In this document: piece after piece, positions 58,393 to 64,000 of the stretch
Position numbering within the stretch: position 1 is the first letter of the stretch
Layout of the letters: each line of letters begins with the position of its first letter
Origin: a virus
Length of the DNA stretch: 64,000 bases
Strand: one strand, 5' to 3'
IMG/VR virus record: IMGVR_UViG_3300025162_000046
Span: 1-64,000 of that record
The notes under the pieces: model-generated
Databases searched by the model: none
Seen by the model: only the letters and a program-made list of their open reading frames with translations
Told to the model about the DNA's origin: nothing
Program-made: the position numbers and the translations under genes

Positions 58393-58818
58393 ATGATTAC
58401 TCTAAACAGTTTGACTATCAAAAACTTTATCTGCGTTGAGTCCGCCGATTTCGATTTTATCAACAACTATATCACAGTTTTCTTTGGGGCGAATGGTAGC
58501 GGCAAATGCATCGAAGGCTCTACAAGAATCAAAACCAAACAATTCGGGGAACTCCCAATTAAAGAACTTTTTAAGAAATTGGAAGTTTCACCTTCTGTTA
58601 AAATGGCTCTTCCCAAAGAAGGACTTGAAGTTTGGACTGATGAGGGGTGGAAATCCATTGAGGCATTCTGGATCACCCCGCCCGAGCCTTTGTGGGAACT
58701 GGAATTAGATGATGGTATAGTTCTGCGAGCCAGTGCAGACCATCGTGTAATGACGCAGCGCGGCTGGGTGAAGCTAAAGGATCTCCAGGAATCAGATGAG
58801 ATTCTGCGGGAAGAATGA
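58393..58818 (+). CDS. Rad50/SbcC/gp46-like ATPase N-terminal fragment fused to split intein N-half (58507-58815)
   Basis: LTIKNF...FFGANGSGK/CIEGSTRIKT...LRASADHRVMTQRGWVKLKDLQESD. Confidence 0.93.
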   Translation: MITLNSLTIKNFICVESADFDFINNYITVFFGANGSGKCIEGSTRIKTKQFGELPIKELFKKLEVSPSVKMALPKEGLEVWTDEGWKSIEAFWITPPEPLWELELDDGIVLRASADHRVMTQRGWVKLKDLQESDEILREE

Positions 58819-58863
58819 CAATCTATCCGGATACTCCCTACTAATTAATTCAGGGGATTTATC

Positions 58864-59970
58864 ATGGATTTACAAACTCTTGCAAAAAATCTTTATGGTG
58901 AGGATTATTCTTTATGGCAACTCGGTTCGTTGAGGCGACAACTACAAAAAAAGAAAATAACCGAAGTTGATATTACTTGGAGAGAAGAAGAAAATGGTTT
59001 CGGCGCTTGGGATATGATTCATGGTATCCCTTTATCTTGTAATACTTATTGGCATAGCTATGCTTGCACTTCTTGTGGTAAAAAAATTATTGATATAGAT
59101 CGAAATCATAAACGCCGGGCTAATCCTACCCTTTGCGGGCATTGCAGCAAATCAAAAACTTTAACAGAAGTGAATCGAAATTCCAATAAAGTAAAAAACG
59201 CAGAGATTTTTGCTGACCCTCTTCTAGGCTCTATTCGGAAAGAAAAACTAAGAGAAAATAGGATTCGAATAAACCAAACTGTGATGGCAGATTTTATTCG
59301 AAACTTGTCGCCGGAGAGAAAAGAACAAATAGCCATTCAGAAGAAACAAACTTGGGGGGCTCGTCCAGTAGAGGAAAAAAAGGAAATCAATAAAACTCGC
59401 AATGGCTATCTTTATAAAAGTGAAAAGGAGATACAAGAACGAGTACAAAGAGGGGTAGAGACTAAGAAAAAAAACTTAGCTAAACTGTCCTCGGAAGAGA
59501 TCCGACAAAAAACCTTAGAGAGGGTGGCAAAAATGAAAGCTACCATTCGATCTAAACCTAAAGACCTGAGGTTTAATCACCCTGAGCGTAGATATGTAAA
59601 GGGGAAGCAAGGTGAGGTAGGGGGTGTTTATTTTCAATCATCTTACGAAGAAGCCGTATTACAGTTTTGTTGCATGAAAATGTATAAGATACAAAGAGGG
59701 CCGGCACTTGAATACTATAATCCAATAGGAAAAAGTATTTCTCTTTATTTTGTGGACTTTTTGATAAACGATACTCTTTTAGTAGAGATAAAAAGTAATT
59801 ATACTTGGGATCAAAATATAGAAATCAATAAGGCGAAAGAAAGATGCGCTCAGTCGTATGCACAAGAACAAGGGTTGACCTATCTGACGCTTATATTATC
59901 CAAGGAGGATATCAAGGATGTCAACAAGATTCTCGAAAATACGTTCAATAAAGAATTTAGAGAGAACTGA
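58864..59970 (+). CDS. Homing endonuclease, PD-(D/E)XK/TnsA-like C-terminal nuclease with N-terminal zinc finger
   Basis: CTSC...CGHC; FQSSYE...YFVDFLINDTLLVEIKS; located between split intein halves; ACTAATTA at 58840. Confidence 0.85.
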   Translation: MDLQTLAKNLYGEDYSLWQLGSLRRQLQKKKITEVDITWREEENGFGAWDMIHGIPLSCNTYWHSYACTSCGKKIIDIDRNHKRRANPTLCGHCSKSKTLTEVNRNSNKVKNAEIFADPLLGSIRKEKLRENRIRINQTVMADFIRNLSPERKEQIAIQKKQTWGARPVEEKKEINKTRNGYLYKSEKEIQERVQRGVETKKKNLAKLSSEEIRQKTLERVAKMKATIRSKPKDLRFNHPERRYVKGKQGEVGGVYFQSSYEEAVLQFCCMKMYKIQRGPALEYYNPIGKSISLYFVDFLINDTLLVEIKSNYTWDQNIEINKAKERCAQSYAQEQGLTYLTLILSKEDIKDVNKILENTFNKEFREN

Positions 59971-61987
59971 AAATTGCTATGATATTCAGGTCGCAGATAT
60001 TCAGCGGTACTTCTCTAATGGAATTGTAAGCCATAATTCTAGTATTTTTGAGGCCATCGCCTTATGCTGGACAGAGCGCAGGAGAGGCGACTCCTATAAG
60101 GATTTCATCAAGCACGGGACTGATTCTGCAGAGATTCACCTTGTTGCCAGTATTCACGGCGAACCCATTCAATTCGATGTGGAGATTCGTGATAAGAAAG
60201 GGGCGACTCCTTTTCAACGAACTATCACTTATAAAAAAGAGAAGTATGTAAATTCAGAGTGCACTACGCTTCTCACCTCCTTCGATATTGATTATCTCCA
60301 ACACATTATGTTCTCTATGCAAGGTGAGAATAACATTACTGATCTCAAACCCTCCGAAAGAACTAAACTTCTCAAGCGTATTTTCAATTTCGAGTTTGAA
60401 TCTCAATTGAGCCAACTTGATAAATTGGTTGAACAAGAAGAACAGAACAGCCTCGTGCTCAAAACTCGCGTTGATGTTTTATCTCATATGAAATTTGAAT
60501 ATGAGCAAGCGGAGCAAACCCTTACTCTCGACAAGCGCAGCGAAATAGAAAATCGCATTACCGAGATCGATGAAATCATAAGAGTGCAAGAACAAAATCA
60601 ACTTCTTCAATCCGAAACTTCTCATCGACTCGAAAGTCTCCGCGCCCAAGGTCAAGCTGCGTCAGCACGCAAGCATTCTATCGAAAAAGATATCAGTGAC
60701 CTTAATAGTTCGTATACTCGACTACTCGGGGATAAGAATCGACATAGTCAAGCATTACTTACTCTCCCCGATTCCGTGAAACTCGAAGAAGAAATCAAAG
60801 AGAAAACCGCGGCAATTGAATCGTTCAAGATTCTCGTGGAGCAAAATCGTCTTCTTATTCAAGAGAAGGAAAACAATCTCGGATCTCGTCAAAGCCGTAT
60901 CCTTGAACTTAGGAATCACATCGTAGCACATAAGCAAGGCATTTGTCCTCAGTGTGGGCAAGACACTCATCCTGAAACCGTTCCTGAACTTGAGACCTCT
61001 TTGGAATCAGTTGAACAATTGTATGAGGAGCTCCTCTCACAAAAAATGATGCTTGAGACCGCTGAGAAAGGTGCCGAGAGAAACATCTCCACCTATCAGG
61101 CGGCAATACCTAATCTTAGAGAAAAAATCAAATCGTCTGCGGATATGAAAATCCAGTTTGAGAGCATTTTCAAAACCATCGAAGAAAGCACCCAGCAAAC
61201 AAACGGAACCATTGAAATTCGAAAATCCACTTTGTTGGAAGTCGAGAATCAGATCAAAGAACTCGAACAGCAAATTGAAGAGATCTCTCCTAAATTGGTT
61301 CGAATGATTCCTACCACATCTCTTCTCAGTGAGAAGAGTGGGTTAGCTAATCAGGTTCAGAGGCATCTTGCTGTCATCGCTCGCAACGAAGTAATTGAGC
61401 GTAAAAATATAGAGATGAAACAAAAAGAAGAAGGGAACAAACAACTACTGATAGACCTCAACCGGCAACAAAACGATTTGCTGCTATCGACGAATAATTA
61501 TAAAGACGCGAAGCGCATATTGGAAGTAGACCTACCCAATTATATCATTGTCAAAGCGTGCTCAAAACTTGAAAAACATATCAATCATTTTATCTCTGAG
61601 GTCAAGGAAGGGATGGTAGTTAGGCTATTCCAAGCGCGCTCGGGAGTTGAATTTTTCTATTCCCCAGTAGGAGAAGTAGCAAATTCTGAAGATTGGACCT
61701 CTACAAAAATGGCATCGGGATTTGAACGGGAATTGCTATCAGCCGCGTGGAGAGTAGCGTTAGCAAGGGCTTATAATCTACACGCGCTTATGCTTGATGA
61801 GGTGGATAGCGCGGCTAACACCTTCTCATCTGAAAAAATGTTTAGAGAGATCGCTAATCTCACCGGCTTTGAGCAGCTCTTCATAGTGAGTCACAAGCCT
61901 GAAGTAGTCGATATTTTATTACAGGAAAATGAGAGAGTGACCGCGTATTTCGTCCAAGATGGTATCTTTACTCGTCAAGAATACTAA
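59918..61987 (+). CDS. Split intein C-half (40 aa) fused to Rad50/SbcC/gp46-like C-terminal fragment
   Basis: MSTRFSKIRSIK...CYDIQV...YFSNGIVSHN/SSIFEAI; coiled coils, CPQC zinc hook, ASGFE signature, LMLDEVD Walker B, VSH. Confidence 0.93.
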   Translation: MSTRFSKIRSIKNLERTENCYDIQVADIQRYFSNGIVSHNSSIFEAIALCWTERRRGDSYKDFIKHGTDSAEIHLVASIHGEPIQFDVEIRDKKGATPFQRTITYKKEKYVNSECTTLLTSFDIDYLQHIMFSMQGENNITDLKPSERTKLLKRIFNFEFESQLSQLDKLVEQEEQNSLVLKTRVDVLSHMKFEYEQAEQTLTLDKRSEIENRITEIDEIIRVQEQNQLLQSETSHRLESLRAQGQAASARKHSIEKDISDLNSSYTRLLGDKNRHSQALLTLPDSVKLEEEIKEKTAAIESFKILVEQNRLLIQEKENNLGSRQSRILELRNHIVAHKQGICPQCGQDTHPETVPELETSLESVEQLYEELLSQKMMLETAEKGAERNISTYQAAIPNLREKIKSSADMKIQFESIFKTIEESTQQTNGTIEIRKSTLLEVENQIKELEQQIEEISPKLVRMIPTTSLLSEKSGLANQVQRHLAVIARNEVIERKNIEMKQKEEGNKQLLIDLNRQQNDLLLSTNNYKDAKRILEVDLPNYIIVKACSKLEKHINHFISEVKEGMVVRLFQARSGVEFFYSPVGEVANSEDWTSTKMASGFERELLSAAWRVALARAYNLHALMLDEVDSAANTFSSEKMFREIANLTGFEQLFIVSHKPEVVDILLQENERVTAYFVQDGIFTRQEY

Positions 61988-62028
61988 TTATATAGGATTA
62001 TTAGTCTCTCAAGGAGAAGAAGGTGCCT

Positions 62029-64000
62029 ATGAAACTCGAAGAAGGACGCAAGTCTAACATTCTGAAAACCTTGTCCCAACTGCATGCCTACCTGAAGCGT
62101 TATCAGGACCTTGATAAAACAGAAGCCCATTTTGAACAGCGCCTCGAAGATGCGGGCTGCACTGATATGTTTGCGGCAATCGACGATGTTCTCGATATTG
62201 TCGAAACAGGCAAGGCCGCAGATAAGGCTCGGCTGCTCAATAAAGTATATAAGCAATACTTCCCTAAAACCGCCAAAAAAGATCCTGCTTCTGATGAAGA
62301 ACTCGAAGCCGCAATAGGTGAAGAAGAAGAAGAAGAAGAGGCTGGCGAAGTGGAAGGCACTCCTCAAATGGCAACTTATGCTGATCTTGGTGGGCAAGGC
62401 GCTGAGGGAAAGACTTTGGGAGATATCCGCAAGTCCGATCAAGCATATATGAGCGGCGGCGATGATGAAGATTGGGGTGAGGAAGACGATGAATCGGACA
62501 TAGATGCTACTAACGCTCGTAAAAGAGAGTCTCGTATGTCTGATCTTGATCTTGCGCAACGAGAAGAGATGTATGGCCCTGGCGGCGATCCTGACGATGC
62601 CGATAGAAATATGACCTATAATGGTGGTGAGGGGATTGGCTTATCGGGGGAAGAATTAGACAATGAGTATTTCGGCACCGAGCCCGAGGAACCAATATTT
62701 GACCCGGATGAAGAAAACTTAGACGCGGATTGGATGAAGGAATCTGTTTTACGCGAGGCTTATGTAGAACCCGATGGATCGACAATGCCATTAGATGATT
62801 CAGAAGATCAGATTGATGATCAAGATTATGAAGAAGAAGAATCTCAATACTCTATTGAGGATCTTGAACCGGGTATGATTGTTAATTGTGGCGCTTATGG
62901 TGATGGAATTATTGTTTGCTCTATTCACGATGAGCATCGATTCTGGGGCACTGATGATATTGAAGATTACAAAAAGAATGGTCCAGATGCTTCCGGTTGG
63001 TATTTCGATGTTGGAGACATAGAGGATATTGTTGGCAATGCGAACGATGATGACGATGACGACGATTGGGAAGATCAGGCGGAGCGTCGAGAGATGGATT
63101 CTACTTTTGGTACCTTCAAAGATGGCCTTTCTGACCCTGACGAGAGCTCTGACTATTGGAAAGAACACGAGGATACTGAAATAGAAGAAACAATCAAAGC
63201 AGCAGAAAATCGCGCCGAACAACTTCGAGAAGGAGGCCCTATGCAAGGGCCCGCTCTTGGTTCTACTCCAAGACCGAAAGATCCTAAGGATAAAATTGAC
63301 TGGCCCGTAGAAATGTCGGATGAGGAAGAACACGAATATGATGATTATGAAGCAGAAATGAACGAGGGTAAGCAGCGCCGCCCTTTTGACGAAGGGTCCG
63401 ATACTGGGTGGGGTGATGCAACTCCTGAAACAGAGGAGTATGATGATCTCGGCGAGACGGACGACTTCGAAACCCCAGAGCGCTCTCTTGGCGGCACTCG
63501 TCACCCCGAAGGCATTATGGGGACTATGAATGATGAAGTCTTCGAATACATCGATGATATAAAATCAGTCGATCCCGAAATTTCTGATGAAGAAATTATC
63601 GATGAGATCATAAAAGAATTTTCGGGCTCCGAACATCGAATGCAACGCGACAAGGCTTCTGATATTCTCTCTGATTACGAAGCAGAAAATAACCCCACAA
63701 ATGAAGAAGCCACCTCAGGGCAAATCGAAGATGAGTATGCCGACTTAGCAATAGATGGCGTTCCCGACTCTGAGATTATCGAAAGACTTATTCATAAATA
63801 CAAACTCACCCGTCACGAACTTGAAATGATGCTCGGTGAGGAGAGAGAAGCGGGCTTTGATTCGTATGAGTCTAATGAAGATGAAGATATAGATGACACC
63901 GAGCAAGAATTTGAAGATGATAACGAACTCAATGAAAGCATTGATGACCTTGGTGATGTGGGGGATTTCCCCAGACCAAAAGCCCAAGATCTGGAATTTG
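62029..64000 (+). CDS. Very acidic probable internal head/core protein, 3' end outside window
   Basis: Manually translated open frame from ATG 62029 (MKLEEGRKSNIL...) to the edge. ACTAATTA at 61983, AAGGAG upstream. MKES/LREA/LREG/MNEG/LNES sites; two DLGxxxDF motifs. Confidence 0.8.
   Translation, partial: MKLEEGRKSNILKTLSQLHAYLKRYQDLDKTEAHFEQRLEDAGCTDMFAAIDDVLDIVETGKAADKARLLNKVYKQYFPKTAKKDPASDEELEAAIGEEEEEEEAGEVEGTPQMATYADLGGQGAEGKTLGDIRKSDQAYMSGGDDEDWGEEDDESDIDATNARKRESRMSDLDLAQREEMYGPGGDPDDADRNMTYNGGEGIGLSGEELDNEYFGTEPEEPIFDPDEENLDADWMKESVLREAYVEPDGSTMPLDDSEDQIDDQDYEEEESQYSIEDLEPGMIVNCGAYGDGIIVCSIHDEHRFWGTDDIEDYKKNGPDASGWYFDVGDIEDIVGNANDDDDDDDWEDQAERREMDSTFGTFKDGLSDPDESSDYWKEHEDTEIEETIKAAENRAEQLREGGPMQGPALGSTPRPKDPKDKIDWPVEMSDEEEHEYDDYEAEMNEGKQRRPFDEGSDTGWGDATPETEEYDDLGETDDFETPERSLGGTRHPEGIMGTMNDEVFEYIDDIKSVDPEISDEEIIDEIIKEFSGSEHRMQRDKASDILSDYEAENNPTNEEATSGQIEDEYADLAIDGVPDSEIIERLIHKYKLTRHELEMMLGEEREAGFDSYESNEDEDIDDTEQEFEDDNELNESIDDLGDVGDFPRPKAQDLEF

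Noticed and set aside
27996-58393. 30-kb separation of the Mre11-like and Rad50-like genes as evidence of an inserted element
   Set aside because: The intervening genes are the phage's own tail module with the same promoter motif. No att sites or integrase were seen; it looks like ordinary rearrangement.
61984-63987. Minus-strand hydrophobic ORFs (191, 93, 234 and 80 aa)
   Set aside because: These are antisense shadows of the acidic plus-strand gene starting at 62029.
1-64000. Stop-codon reassignment, as seen in some jumbo phages
   Set aside because: Long conserved genes are uninterrupted in the standard code, and TAA, TAG and TGA all end recognisable proteins. The gene breaks are explained by inteins and an intron.
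1-64000. CRISPR array, tRNA genes, or a DGR/retron reverse transcriptase
   Set aside because: I saw no regularly spaced repeats, cloverleaf or RT motifs by eye. tRNAscan-SE and CRISPR finders would be needed to exclude them formally.

Overview
The window is 64 kb of a large, probably jumbo, lytic myophage genome with T4-like organisation, read in the standard genetic code. It encodes the terminase large subunit (runs off the left edge), acidic head/core proteins with putative prohead-protease sites, two sigma-like factors, a clamp-like protein, primase, a family A DNA polymerase fragment, class II ribonucleotide reductase, thioredoxin, 5'-3' exonuclease, Mre11/Rad50-like nucleases, a contractile tail and baseplate module, GroEL, a NUDIX hydrolase and an orphan response regulator. 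Essential genes are heavily fragmented. nrdJ needs both group I intron splicing and split-intein trans-splicing around its catalytic Cys. The Rad50/SbcC gene is split by an intein flanking a homing endonuclease. The terminase carries a Met-initiated class 3-type intein. polA stops after motif A in an intein-like tail. Two recurrent promoter-like motifs (ACTAATTA and TATATTA) broadly separate structural from replication genes. The ACTAATTA motif is embedded in RBS-sequestering hairpins ahead of homing endonuclease genes. A DLGDxGDFxxP peptide motif recurs in three unrelated ORFs. All calls come from manual reading and motif recognition; no searches were run.
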